Part shown: positions 54,751 to 64,000 of the stretch, piece after piece
Layout: each line of letters opens with the position of its first letter
Position numbering within the stretch: position 1 is the stretch's first letter
IMG/VR virus record: IMGVR_UViG_3300028805_000074
Span: 58,575 to 122,574 of that record
DNA: 64,000 nt
Source: a virus
Taxonomy: Duplodnaviria; Caudoviricetes
Reading direction: 5' to 3' (one strand)
Notes under the pieces: model-generated
What the model saw: only the letters and a program-made list of their open reading frames with translations
What the model was told of the DNA's origin: nothing
Databases searched by the model: none
Made by a program: the position numbers and the translations under genes

Positions 54751-55434
54751 ATGAAAAAGATTATTTTTCTGATGCTCACGTTGGTAACGCTGAGCATGAC
54801 GGTGGGCGTAGTCGCCTGCTCTGGATGTAGTAAGGCCGAGACGGCTAAGATTGATGATCCCGTGGTGGTGTATCATGACTACGACGGGGTGGTGCAGGAC
54901 TTCACGGCTGGTGTCGGTCATATCCAGGCGCTGCACAGGCAGACGATGTACGGGCTGATTCAGCACCTGCAGGACGAGGGGCACACAATTGCCCTGAACG
55001 GCAAGTACCAGTGGCGCAACAGCCTCGTGATACTGAACGACACGGTGACGATGGAGAATATCGACGACCTGCACGTGGTCAGCATCAGGGATGTATTCTT
55101 CTACTGGGACAACCAACGCGGCCCGCAGGTGCAGTACATCACCGACCACGTAAAAGACGGCACGCAAATCCCCTGGCCTATCAACGACGTGTGGATTGAG
55201 GATGCCGACATGAGCGAACAGCCGATTAAGATTTCTGCAGAGCAGGCATTGATGCGACTGAAGGAATGGAACGGTATTCTTCCCAAGGACTGCAACTTTC
55301 TCACGCTACGCTATCCCGTAGGGCCCAAGGACTGCAACGTGCAGTGGGTGTTCGGCGATGTGTACGACGTGCTGTTTATAGACGCGGTGACGGGCGAGAT
55401 CAGAGATTACGACCCTGCGTTCTCGCGAGAGTAA
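54751..55434 (+). CDS. Exported protein or lipoprotein with PepSY-like C-terminus
   Basis: Signal peptide ending VVACSGC; ISAEQAL...FIDAVTGEI. Confidence 0.6.
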   Translation: MKKIIFLMLTLVTLSMTVGVVACSGCSKAETAKIDDPVVVYHDYDGVVQDFTAGVGHIQALHRQTMYGLIQHLQDEGHTIALNGKYQWRNSLVILNDTVTMENIDDLHVVSIRDVFFYWDNQRGPQVQYITDHVKDGTQIPWPINDVWIEDADMSEQPIKISAEQALMRLKEWNGILPKDCNFLTLRYPVGPKDCNVQWVFGDVYDVLFIDAVTGEIRDYDPAFSRE

Positions 55435-55622
55435 CGGGGATGGGTGCTACGGCTCTACGGTTGAGCCAATGGCCGCCCATCCCCACAACGTTGCAACGGA
55501 CTCTAAATCCGCCGACGACGTTATATTTCGGAAACAGACAACCAGCGGTCGCGCCGCCTTAGGTTATCCTCGGTGCGGCCGCTGCTTACCACAAACCATT
55601 CATGAATAAATATTAAGGCGAT

Positions 55623-56585
55623 ATGAAAGAACAACCGTTTTGTACGAACATCCAGCAATCGAAGAAACTGATTGAACTGGGATTGAGAGCAGACACTGCA
55701 GATGTTTACATTGCAAAGGCTCGCAAAGGTTACAACATGAGTAACAAACCAATCGAGGGCGCAACCCCCGCATGGTCGCTGTCGAAGATGGTGGAGATTG
55801 TGACTCGTTATCCAACTCCGCATCCCGAGATATGGAGCGACGTGGATTTCTTCACGGAAATATTCAACGAACTGTGCCACGCACTGGTCAACGGCTACTG
55901 CTGGGACTACTGGAGCGACGAGAAGCGCCAACAGGAGAAAGACCCGCAGCGCAACCACTGGAGCAAATATGCGGCAGCCATCAGAGAGAAATTGCCGAAG
56001 GTGTTTCAATGCAAGACACCGGAGGGGCAGGAACTCATCGACTTCTACGAGATGGAGGGCAACCACATCCGCCATCGTGACGACCGCCTCGGACGCATCT
56101 ACCGCCATACGGCTGAGGTGCTGAAGGAGTACGAGGACATGAAGCGCAAGCCGAAGACTATGTTGCAATGGTGCAGAAACACCAGCGGTCATGTGCTCGT
56201 TCATCTGTGGGCACTCAATGACGAAGGCAAGGGTTGTTATGACTATGCTACCGCAACGGGCATCACCAAGTGGTCGGCACTCTGGCACCTGTTCAAGCGT
56301 CTGCGTCGGACGGGGCAAGCCCATCTGCTTCGATACGTCAAGAAACAGGAGCATGAGGGCAACGGGCTGGAGGACTACAAGAAGAAGCACTTCAAGATCA
56401 AGAAGGTCAGCGACAACTACTTCATCATCCGCCAGCGCCACACGCTGTTGTTCTTCATCCACTTCTACGACGACGGAGCCGAGTTGCTCTGTCCGACCTA
56501 TCGCACGGAAAAGGAATACCAAGCCCGTGACCTTATCGACAAGACGGCACGTGAGAAAGGCTTCGACTATGTGATACACGATTAG
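55623..56585 (+). CDS. Hypothetical phage protein
   Basis: CTNIQQSKKLIELGL...PAWSLSKM motif common in Bacteroidales phage ORFs. Confidence 0.65.
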   Translation: MKEQPFCTNIQQSKKLIELGLRADTADVYIAKARKGYNMSNKPIEGATPAWSLSKMVEIVTRYPTPHPEIWSDVDFFTEIFNELCHALVNGYCWDYWSDEKRQQEKDPQRNHWSKYAAAIREKLPKVFQCKTPEGQELIDFYEMEGNHIRHRDDRLGRIYRHTAEVLKEYEDMKRKPKTMLQWCRNTSGHVLVHLWALNDEGKGCYDYATATGITKWSALWHLFKRLRRTGQAHLLRYVKKQEHEGNGLEDYKKKHFKIKKVSDNYFIIRQRHTLLFFIHFYDDGAELLCPTYRTEKEYQARDLIDKTAREKGFDYVIHD

Positions 56586-56603
56586 CAGCCGGGCCTGTTC
56601 GGA

Positions 56604-56763
56604 AACCCGATTGAGAATCGGGTTGTATGGTCGATTGAGAATCGGGTTACCATGCCGATTGAGAATCGGGTTGCCATGCCGATTGAGGGTCGGTTTTTAA
56701 GGCGACTGGACTTTGACCGGAGCGGAAGTGGACTTTGACCGGAGCGGAAGTGGACTTTGACCG
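56604..56763. repeat. Two tandem repeat blocks upstream of the lysin-terminase genes
   Basis: 24-bp unit CGATTGAGAATCGGGTT-N7 x4 (56608-56697); 22-bp unit TGGACTTTGACCGGAGCGGAAG x2.6 (56707-56763). Confidence 0.85.
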
Positions 56764-56813
56764 AAAACGGCATTTTACGACAACAGACAACACATTAACA
56801 CATAACAGACAAT

Positions 56814-57368
56814 ATGGCAAAGATTGAACCTTTAGGAAAGTTCATCCTCTCGTGGGAGGGTGGCTTCGTGAACGACCCGTCAGACCGTGGCGGAGCAACT
56901 AACAAGGGCGTGACCATCGCCACATGGCGGGCGCAGGGCTACGACAAGAACCACGACGGCGTGATTGACGTGAAGGACCTGAAGCTCATCAGCAATCAGG
57001 ACGCCATCAACATCATGCGCCGCAACTACTGGAACCGCTGGCAGGCCGACCTTATCGGCTCGCAGCCGATAGCCAACTGCCTCGTCGACTGGGTGTGGGG
57101 CAGCGGCGTATGGGGCATCAAGATTCCGCAGGACATGCTGGGCGTGAAGGCCGACGGACAAGTGGGGCCGAAGACGCTGGCCGCCCTTGGACGGCAAGAC
57201 CCCGTGAAGTTCTTCAACCGTCTGAAGGAGCGCCGCCGCCAGTATCTGGAGGACATCTGCAAGAGCCGCCCGGCCAACAAGAAGTTCCTGAAGGGATGGC
57301 TGCGGCGCCTGGACGGCATACAGTATAACGCGCTCGTCTGCAACGGCGGCAAAATCATAACATGGTAG
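56814..57368 (+). CDS. Endolysin, glycoside hydrolase family 108 with PG-binding domain
   Basis: WEGGFVNDPSDRGGATNKGVT; ADGQVGPKTL; KFLKGWLRR. Confidence 0.9.
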   Translation: MAKIEPLGKFILSWEGGFVNDPSDRGGATNKGVTIATWRAQGYDKNHDGVIDVKDLKLISNQDAINIMRRNYWNRWQADLIGSQPIANCLVDWVWGSGVWGIKIPQDMLGVKADGQVGPKTLAALGRQDPVKFFNRLKERRRQYLEDICKSRPANKKFLKGWLRRLDGIQYNALVCNGGKIITW

Positions 57369-57372
57369 GCTT

Positions 57373-58035
57373 ATGAACACATCGACTTTACCCCAGGACC
57401 TGATGTCGTGCTCACTCCTGCACTTCGAGAACATGGTGCCAATCGACGACCTGAAACTGCGCAACGACCAGAAGCGCCGGCTGCTGCGCGTCTCGCACGT
57501 CTACTGGCAGTGGAGCAAGAACCCCTTCACCTGCGACTACAAGGCCATGCTGCGCCAACTGGTGAAGCAGATGGGCGGGTTCCAGGGTGCCAGCACCGAG
57601 TGCCGCGCCTGGCAGAAGGACGTCCAGCTGTTCGAGTTCGTCAAGGAGAGCATCTCGCCGATGTCGCGCCGCGAGGCCCAGCTGAAGGTGCAGGTGGCCG
57701 CCGAGAAGGCCATCCGCATCGGCATGGATACCGACAACGTGCAGGCCCTCACCAAGGGCGGCAAACTGCTCTACGAGGTGGCGGGGCTTGACAAGCCGGA
57801 GACGGAACAGATGGATATGGCGAAGACGGTGTTCCTGCCGCCCGTAGTGACCACGGTGGCCAGCGAGGTTGACCCGACGAAGGAGGACGTCAGCGACGAG
57901 CAGGCCAAACTGATACTGAAGAAATACGGTGCCTTCGTGGACGAGAAGCGCACGATGGTGGAGGAGCGTGTGGCCGCCATGGAGGCACGGCGCGACGCTC
58001 CGGATGATAACGTAGAGGAATACGGTGATGAGTAG
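57373..58035 (+). CDS. Putative terminase small subunit
   Basis: Position immediately upstream of and overlapping terL. Confidence 0.5.
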   Translation: MNTSTLPQDLMSCSLLHFENMVPIDDLKLRNDQKRRLLRVSHVYWQWSKNPFTCDYKAMLRQLVKQMGGFQGASTECRAWQKDVQLFEFVKESISPMSRREAQLKVQVAAEKAIRIGMDTDNVQALTKGGKLLYEVAGLDKPETEQMDMAKTVFLPPVVTTVASEVDPTKEDVSDEQAKLILKKYGAFVDEKRTMVEERVAAMEARRDAPDDNVEEYGDE

Positions 58036-59971
58036 ATTAGGATCTGACTACAACAAGAGCAGCGACCAGTTCGAGGCGAAGATGCTGCCCGACGTGGATG
58101 CGCCGAAACCCGAGCAGGGCGGCGAGGTGGACCTGTCTGGCGACGGGGTGCATAAGATTTACCTGCACCGGGCACAGTTGGAGATATATAACTGGCAGAG
58201 CCGTATCACCTACATCCGTGCCGCCCGTGGCTTCGGCAAGTCGTCGTACATCGGGCTGCATCTGATGAAGTGCGTGCTGGGTCTGCGCCGCCACCTGGGC
58301 GGATTCGTCGGTGCCAGCGCCAAGCAGGTCTATACCCGCACGATGCCCAACGTGATGAAGGTGGTCAACTCGCTGGGCTACCAGAAGGAGGTGTTCTGGT
58401 TCTTCGGACGACCGCCGTCGCGTCTGCGATGGGAGACGCCGTATGCCGAGCCGAAGAACTGGGAAAACGTAGTCTCGTTCCAAAACGGTGCTGCCATCCA
58501 ACTCCTGAGCATGGCAGTATCCGGCAGTGCCAACGGCCTGAATTTATCCTTTCTGCTCGACGACGAGACCAAGTACCAGCCCTGGGACCGCGTGAAGGAG
58601 GAGGTGATACCCACCCTTCGCGGTGAGTTCATCCCCGCCGCCGCACGCAAGACCGAGGTGAAGCGCTGGGGCTACGGCACCGACCCCATGATGAACCCTT
58701 ACTATAAGAGCCGTCTGTTCTGCAGCGATGCGGGCCTGACGAATCGCCAGCGGCTCTGGGAGAAGGAGAGCCAGAGGCAGCAGGAGGACGAGGTGCGCCG
58801 CGTCAACAACCAGATAGCCGATATGCTGGCCGAACTGAAATACCTGGAGAAAACCAATCCACGCATGGCCGTGCAACTGGCGCAGAACGAGACGTTCCTG
58901 AAACGGCTCCACGCCCTGCGCCACGACTCCGAGACCTTCTGGAACTTCAGCAGTTTGGAGAATATGTCGATGCTCGGAGGTCCGGCCTGGGTGCGCGACA
59001 TGCAGCGAAGCCTGACCGAGCGCATGTTCATGGTGCAGATACTGGGCGTGATGGAGACCGCCGTGAAGGACGGCTTCTACTGCAACTATTCCGAAGAGAC
59101 CAATACCTATATCAGTGCCGACTGCGAATCGACGGTGAAAGACCGCTTCCTGCACAAGGTGAAGGGCCGCGCCCTCGACGTGCAGAAGTGGCCCACCGAC
59201 TACGAGACCGAGACGCTCGACCTCGACGAGATGCAACTGGCGGGCGAGGACTGCAGCCTTGATCTTGACCTGCAGTACGACGAACCGCTGCGCATCGCCA
59301 TTGATGCCGGCACCACCACCAACTTCCTGATTGTGGCACAGACCCGCATGTATCAGGGCAAGCCCGCCATCATGATCCTGAAGGAGTTCTGGGTACAGGC
59401 GCCTGTCCGACTGATGGGACTGGTGAAGCAGTTCACGCAATACTACCGCCCCTACCTGCGGCGCAACCACAACAAGAACGGCGGGGCTGGGGTCATCTTC
59501 TACTATACGCCCACCGTGAAGCAGGGCGGCGCTACGGCCTACGCCGTGGAGAACTCCGAGGACTCGCGCTTCGACCGCGTGGTCATCCGCGAACTGGAGT
59601 CCTACGGGTGGACGGTCACCGACGCTGAGTTCCCCGTCTGGCGCCACGAGAGAAAGTACCAGCTTATCAACGATATGCTATCCTTCACAGCCACGCCCAG
59701 CATCTTCATCAACCGTGAAGGCCGCTGCGACAACCTCATGGAAAGCCTGGAGACCACCGCCGTGCTGCCGGGCAGCTTCAAAAAGGATAAGCACTTGGAG
59801 AAGTACGGCAGCGAAGAAGGCATTGCGGGCCCGAGAGCCAGCCGTAGCGACATTTCCGACGCCTTCGACGATCTGGTCATCGGTATCAAGGAGGGAGCGG
59901 AGAAAAACAAGAAAGTCGGCGGAGGACTGAGAGGTAGGTTCAAAAATCTGGCGGGAATACCGAGAGGGTAA
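58025..59971 (+). CDS. terL: Terminase large subunit
   Basis: Walker A AARGFGKS, Walker B FLLDDE, RNase H-like IAIDAG ... SDAFDD. Confidence 0.8.
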   Translation: MMSRLGSDYNKSSDQFEAKMLPDVDAPKPEQGGEVDLSGDGVHKIYLHRAQLEIYNWQSRITYIRAARGFGKSSYIGLHLMKCVLGLRRHLGGFVGASAKQVYTRTMPNVMKVVNSLGYQKEVFWFFGRPPSRLRWETPYAEPKNWENVVSFQNGAAIQLLSMAVSGSANGLNLSFLLDDETKYQPWDRVKEEVIPTLRGEFIPAAARKTEVKRWGYGTDPMMNPYYKSRLFCSDAGLTNRQRLWEKESQRQQEDEVRRVNNQIADMLAELKYLEKTNPRMAVQLAQNETFLKRLHALRHDSETFWNFSSLENMSMLGGPAWVRDMQRSLTERMFMVQILGVMETAVKDGFYCNYSEETNTYISADCESTVKDRFLHKVKGRALDVQKWPTDYETETLDLDEMQLAGEDCSLDLDLQYDEPLRIAIDAGTTTNFLIVAQTRMYQGKPAIMILKEFWVQAPVRLMGLVKQFTQYYRPYLRRNHNKNGGAGVIFYYTPTVKQGGATAYAVENSEDSRFDRVVIRELESYGWTVTDAEFPVWRHERKYQLINDMLSFTATPSIFINREGRCDNLMESLETTAVLPGSFKKDKHLEKYGSEEGIAGPRASRSDISDAFDDLVIGIKEGAEKNKKVGGGLRGRFKNLAGIPRG

Positions 59972-60004
59972 AAAGCGAGGGGCAAGTCTTTCGACCTGCC
60001 CCTC
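59970..60004 (-). terminator. Intrinsic terminator (T-tract on the minus strand)
   Basis: GAGGGGCAGGTC-GAAA-GACTTGCCCCTC then GCTTTTT. Confidence 0.7.
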
Positions 60005-60165
60005 TATCGAAGTCGGCGTGACAGCTATTTACCTATTCGTCCCGATCCTGTCCGGTATTTATTTTACGTCGGTTGTGCAGACCCTTGCTTCCCTGTCCGA
60101 CTGGGAGCACCCACATTTAAGGGCTTTCGGGAACACTGTCACTTTCAGTTGTGCCTTATTTACGC
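59970..60165 (-). ncRNA. Candidate sRNA of about 190 nt between terL and portal
   Basis: Own promoter (TTTG-N20-TATCTTTG, 60168-60199), long-range helix GTGACAG/CTGTCAC, terminator. Confidence 0.5.
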
Positions 60166-60317
60166 TGCAAAGATAAGCATAATATCCGAGACTGCCAAAT
60201 GTTTTAAGGATTATTTCAATTCTTCACTGTTCACTCTTCACTCTTCACTTCATCCTCTGCCCTTGATTTTCTCTTTATCGCCACGTATCTTGCAGGCAGA
60301 ACCAACACGAATTAGAT

Positions 60318-62156
60318 ATGTCAAGGAAGAATAAGGGAAATAAGAGCAACGGCGGCGTGACCGTCCACAAGCCGAAGACGTTTGGGGAGTTTCAGAAACT
60401 CGACCGCTCGCTGCGCGACAGGGGCTACATCGCCCTCGACGCGCTGAAGCCCGGACTGGTGCGCTCGCTCACCCTGGGCGACAAGGACCCGTCGGGTAAG
60501 GAGGTGAAGGAGATGGCCGCCGGCATGGGCTGCGGAAGCCTGTCGAACGGGCCGCTGTCGCAGGTGGCATGGTCGTTCGACAGCAACGACACCACGCCGA
60601 CCACCGTGACCGACAAGGACGGCAAGCCGATGGGTCGCGGCTACGTGAAGTGGGGACCGAAGGACAACCTGCCCGGCGTCATCTACTCGCTGGCCAAGGC
60701 ATCGCCCTACACCGCCGCACCACTGAGATACCTCTCCGACCTGGCCACAGGGCTGGGCGTGAGGCTGATGTACCGCTTCGAGGACGACACCTACTGCGAG
60801 TTTGCCCACGCCGGCTACAACCTCCGCATCCGACTGCAGCAGGCCCGCAAGGGTGAGCAGCAGGACGAGTACGGCGGCGACATGGCCTACGACCCCGCCG
60901 CCAAGCCCGACGAAGATCCGCTGAAGCCTATCAGCGAGATAGCCCCCGAGAACCGTCCGCGCCCTCGTCTGCAGGGCATTGGCCCCGACTACTGGGAGGA
61001 TGCCTACTACGAGTGGCAGCGCTCATGGGAGGGCTATGACCAGACAGACCCCGACGGCAACGAGCGCCACATCCCCGGCGTGCGCCAGTTCCAGGAGGAG
61101 AACAACCTCGACCTGCACCTGTCGCAGTGTATGCTCGACTGCATGATGTACGACCTCTACTTCCCCACCGTCGGACTGGAGCGTGGCCGCCGTGGCCAGT
61201 GGGACCCGCGCATCGTCCGTGTCGGCCAGTTGAAGATTATCGACGGCATCCGCTATGAGGCAATGTCCGAGTACCGGCACATCCAGCACGTCTATTTTGG
61301 CGAGCGGTTCAGGGCCAAAGGCATCGGCGAGCACAGTACGCTGGGAGCCAACGACCAGAAGGTGACGATGTACCCCGTCTGCGAGGCCACCAACCGCGTC
61401 AGCGACATGCGCTACCTCGTATCGTCGAACCAGCGCACCCGCATCTCAGCCCGTCCCACATGGGCCGCGTGCCCCGTCTACTACGGCAACAGGAACTACT
61501 ACCAGCAGCCCGACTGGTGGAGCATCTTCACCTCCAAGGCCTACGACTTCTCGTCGACCATCCTCTACGACAAGGCCAAGCAGCGCGAGAACAACACCAC
61601 CTGGGGCCGTATAATATACATAAGTTTGGACTACCTCGATATGTGCTTCGCCGACGAGGGCATCGCCGGCGACAAGGATGCGCAGCAGAAGTTCATCGAC
61701 GAACTCGACCAGAACGTGGAGGAGTTCCTGCAGCAGCGCGAGAACAACGGCAAGATGATGCGCCAGTTCATGTGGCTCGGCCAGGACGGCAAGGACCATC
61801 ACAACGTGGAGATAGTCGATGTGAAGGAGACGACCAACGACGCCGTGAAGGCCGGCAAGGAGGAGTTGGAACTCTCGACCAACCCCATGTTCCTCGCCTT
61901 CGGTGTTGACCCCCGCGACGTCGGCGTGCCCATGGTGGCAGCCTCGAACGGCGGCACCGCCCTGCGCGAGATACGCCTGATGAAGCAGCAGCTGCTCAAT
62001 GTGCGCCAGCGAATGTACATCCGCTTCCTGCAGGACGTCTTCACGTTCAACAGGTTCGACCCGCACCTCACGCCCGTCATCCGCCAGATGAGTTTCACAA
62101 CCCTCGACCGCAACCCGACGGGGACCGTGGAGACGATAGCAGGGGAGGGGGCGTGA
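60318..62156 (+). CDS. Portal protein (Bacteroidales phage type)
   Basis: Follows terL; YVKWGPKDNLP, NYYQQPDW, AFGVDPRDVG...GGTALRE. Confidence 0.7.
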   Translation: MSRKNKGNKSNGGVTVHKPKTFGEFQKLDRSLRDRGYIALDALKPGLVRSLTLGDKDPSGKEVKEMAAGMGCGSLSNGPLSQVAWSFDSNDTTPTTVTDKDGKPMGRGYVKWGPKDNLPGVIYSLAKASPYTAAPLRYLSDLATGLGVRLMYRFEDDTYCEFAHAGYNLRIRLQQARKGEQQDEYGGDMAYDPAAKPDEDPLKPISEIAPENRPRPRLQGIGPDYWEDAYYEWQRSWEGYDQTDPDGNERHIPGVRQFQEENNLDLHLSQCMLDCMMYDLYFPTVGLERGRRGQWDPRIVRVGQLKIIDGIRYEAMSEYRHIQHVYFGERFRAKGIGEHSTLGANDQKVTMYPVCEATNRVSDMRYLVSSNQRTRISARPTWAACPVYYGNRNYYQQPDWWSIFTSKAYDFSSTILYDKAKQRENNTTWGRIIYISLDYLDMCFADEGIAGDKDAQQKFIDELDQNVEEFLQQRENNGKMMRQFMWLGQDGKDHHNVEIVDVKETTNDAVKAGKEELELSTNPMFLAFGVDPRDVGVPMVAASNGGTALREIRLMKQQLLNVRQRMYIRFLQDVFTFNRFDPHLTPVIRQMSFTTLDRNPTGTVETIAGEGA

Positions 62157-62203
62157 AGCCATTTACGATTTGACGATTTACGATTTACGATTTGCAACAG
62201 TCT

Positions 62204-62821
62204 ATGAATATCAAGAATCTTTTCCACCGCAAGCGCAGAGTGCCTGTCGGTTCCGCCGACAGGAAACCACAGCCGCTGCGCATCGAGGGCATCGGCCCCG
62301 CTCCGCTCACACCCGAACCCGACGAGGCGGAACTGGCAGCGCAGGCACTGCTGGAGCACATGTGCGAGCAGAGCCGTAAAGACCATCTTAAAGACCGTCA
62401 TAAAGACCATCATAAGGACAGTCATAACGACAAGGCGGCTGGTAGTGTGCCCGTCGGTTCTTCGACGAGCGAAGCGGCAAAGCCGAGCGCCGCCGACGGA
62501 AAATTCGAAGTCCCCCGCGACGCGGCCTACTACCGCCAACTGGCCGACCGCATCCGCCAGGCCCACGAGGCGGCGACGCAGCGCACGCTGCGCTTCGTGG
62601 CGTTCGTCGAGCAGGAACTGCAGAAGCCCTCGCTGCCCCTCAGCGGCCCCGGCTCGCTCGGACTCTTAGAGGCTGAACTCTACAAGCGCTTAGACGTCAT
62701 CGAGCGTCGCGGCGGCGAACTCAAAAAGCGCTGGCAGCACTGCCTCGCCACCGTCATCGTCCGCCGCATGCAGGCGGAAGAGACAACGGACGAGAAAGAA
62801 ACCACGGATTCCACGGATTAA
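62204..62821 (+). CDS. Hypothetical protein
   Basis: ORF downstream of portal; ATG start at 62204. Confidence 0.55.
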   Translation: MNIKNLFHRKRRVPVGSADRKPQPLRIEGIGPAPLTPEPDEAELAAQALLEHMCEQSRKDHLKDRHKDHHKDSHNDKAAGSVPVGSSTSEAAKPSAADGKFEVPRDAAYYRQLADRIRQAHEAATQRTLRFVAFVEQELQKPSLPLSGPGSLGLLEAELYKRLDVIERRGGELKKRWQHCLATVIVRRMQAEETTDEKETTDSTD

Positions 62822-62934
62822 ACGGATTCATCCGACAGAAAAAAGTTAATACTTTTCATAATATCAACAAGAGAGTGCAGGCAGCCGCGACGGCCATCCT
62901 GCACTCTCGATTTATTGTAACAACACAAACACTT

Positions 62935-63768
62935 TCAGTCTTTCTTCCTCTCATGCCACGCCCGGGTTATCTCGCTGCGGATGCGGCGGATGTGCTCGCG
63001 GCTCTTGCGCCAGCCGTGCAGCACGGCCAGCTGTCCGATGACGCCGGGGCTGATGCCGAAGCGCTGGGCTATCTCCTGCTTGGTGTGGTCGGGGTAGTAG
63101 TCGGCTATCTCGGCCAGTATGTCGGGCGTGTACTTCGTCCGGCCGCTCTTCAGCTGACCATCCTTCATGGCACGGCTCTTGGCTTTCTTCGTGCGGCGTA
63201 TGCCTGCATCATGCGCCAGTTTCTCCAGCCATCCCCTGCTGCACCCCAGTTCCTCGCACAGCGCCTCTATCTGCTCCGCGTCGCCGTCGGGATATACGTC
63301 GCGGATGCGCTGTTCGCGCCATGCCAGGTGCTCCGGGGTGTAGTAGCCCTGACGCATCTTAGCGTGCCCACGGCTGCGACACTCTCGCATAAACTCGTCG
63401 CTCTTCACCAGCCCCAGCCGCCGTGCCCAGCGCCGTATGGTCTTCGGGTCGGTGCCCAGCGTGGCGGCCAGCTCGTCGTTCTTCGTCGTGGCGAAGTGCG
63501 CCTTCATGTACTCGTCGGCGGCCGCCTTGAATTTCGCGCGGCCCTCGCCCTTCACCTTCCAGCCGCCCTTGGCGCCTTTCCTGAAGGCGGTGTGCATGAA
63601 CGCCTCGTTCTTGCCCACTCCGAGCCGTTCGGCGCGGCGCGACACGGTGTAGTAGTTCACGCCCATCTCCTCGGCCATGTCGGCGGTCGGCCGGTCGGGA
63701 TAGTCGCGCCGTATCTCCTCGTCGTGCCGGTGCATCCACTCTTTGCGGGAAATAAACTCGTTTGGCAT
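62935..63768 (-). CDS. Protein with tandem HTH-like repeats
   Basis: Four repeats of Y/F-P...A..LG.S...V...A..LG..K. Confidence 0.7.
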   Translation of the reverse strand: MPNEFISRKEWMHRHDEEIRRDYPDRPTADMAEEMGVNYYTVSRRAERLGVGKNEAFMHTAFRKGAKGGWKVKGEGRAKFKAAADEYMKAHFATTKNDELAATLGTDPKTIRRWARRLGLVKSDEFMRECRSRGHAKMRQGYYTPEHLAWREQRIRDVYPDGDAEQIEALCEELGCSRGWLEKLAHDAGIRRTKKAKSRAMKDGQLKSGRTKYTPDILAEIADYYPDHTKQEIAQRFGISPGVIGQLAVLHGWRKSREHIRRIRSEITRAWHERKKD

Positions 63769-64000
63769 GGTGGCTATTCGTTATCGTTCTTATGGATTTT
63801 GATTCCCCTAACCTGCCGTGCTCCGAGCTTGTTCTTAAAGTCGTCCACCAGCAAGTCTATCACCTGTTGTTCGTCCAACTCCTCTGGGGAGTAAACACGC
63901 ATCACAATTCTGTAGTAAGGCATAGGCTATTCCTTTCTTAGTCTTTTTCTCACTACGGCAGCGATATCTGCCGACGTGATATTCAGCTTTGCGACCGTCG

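Overview
A 64-kb piece of a large Bacteroidales (Prevotella-like) tailed-phage genome that appears to replicate as a plasmid. Phage genes are the terminase subunits, portal, GH108 endolysin and tail-like proteins. Plasmid-type genes are a Rep initiator with iterons, a DnaA-N/DnaC-like loader and ParA with octamer repeats. No integrase is visible in the window. About 29 kb (9.7-39 kb) is one leftward accessory cluster resembling an early anti-defence region: DarB-like MTase-helicase, ArdC, beta-clamp-like protein, J-domain/LPD29 protein and many small ORFs. Many of these proteins end in Ala-Ala. The main finding lies inside this cluster: a YSDD reverse transcriptase (29631-31247) and a 376-aa partner gene, interleaved with two arrays holding 7 complete and 1 degenerate non-coding units of about 150-180 nt (26928-27725 and 28950-29604). 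Each unit has the same covarying, pseudoknotted scaffold around a different long hairpin, suggesting one RT that copies several template RNAs into different cDNA hairpins. Other notable items are a truncated bL12 N-terminal-domain homolog, a peptide/antisense-RNA pair, a candidate sRNA between terL and portal, a 1.2-kb structured leader with a boxA motif, and a methyltransferase split at a C7 tract. All family calls come from motif recognition by eye; no searches were run.
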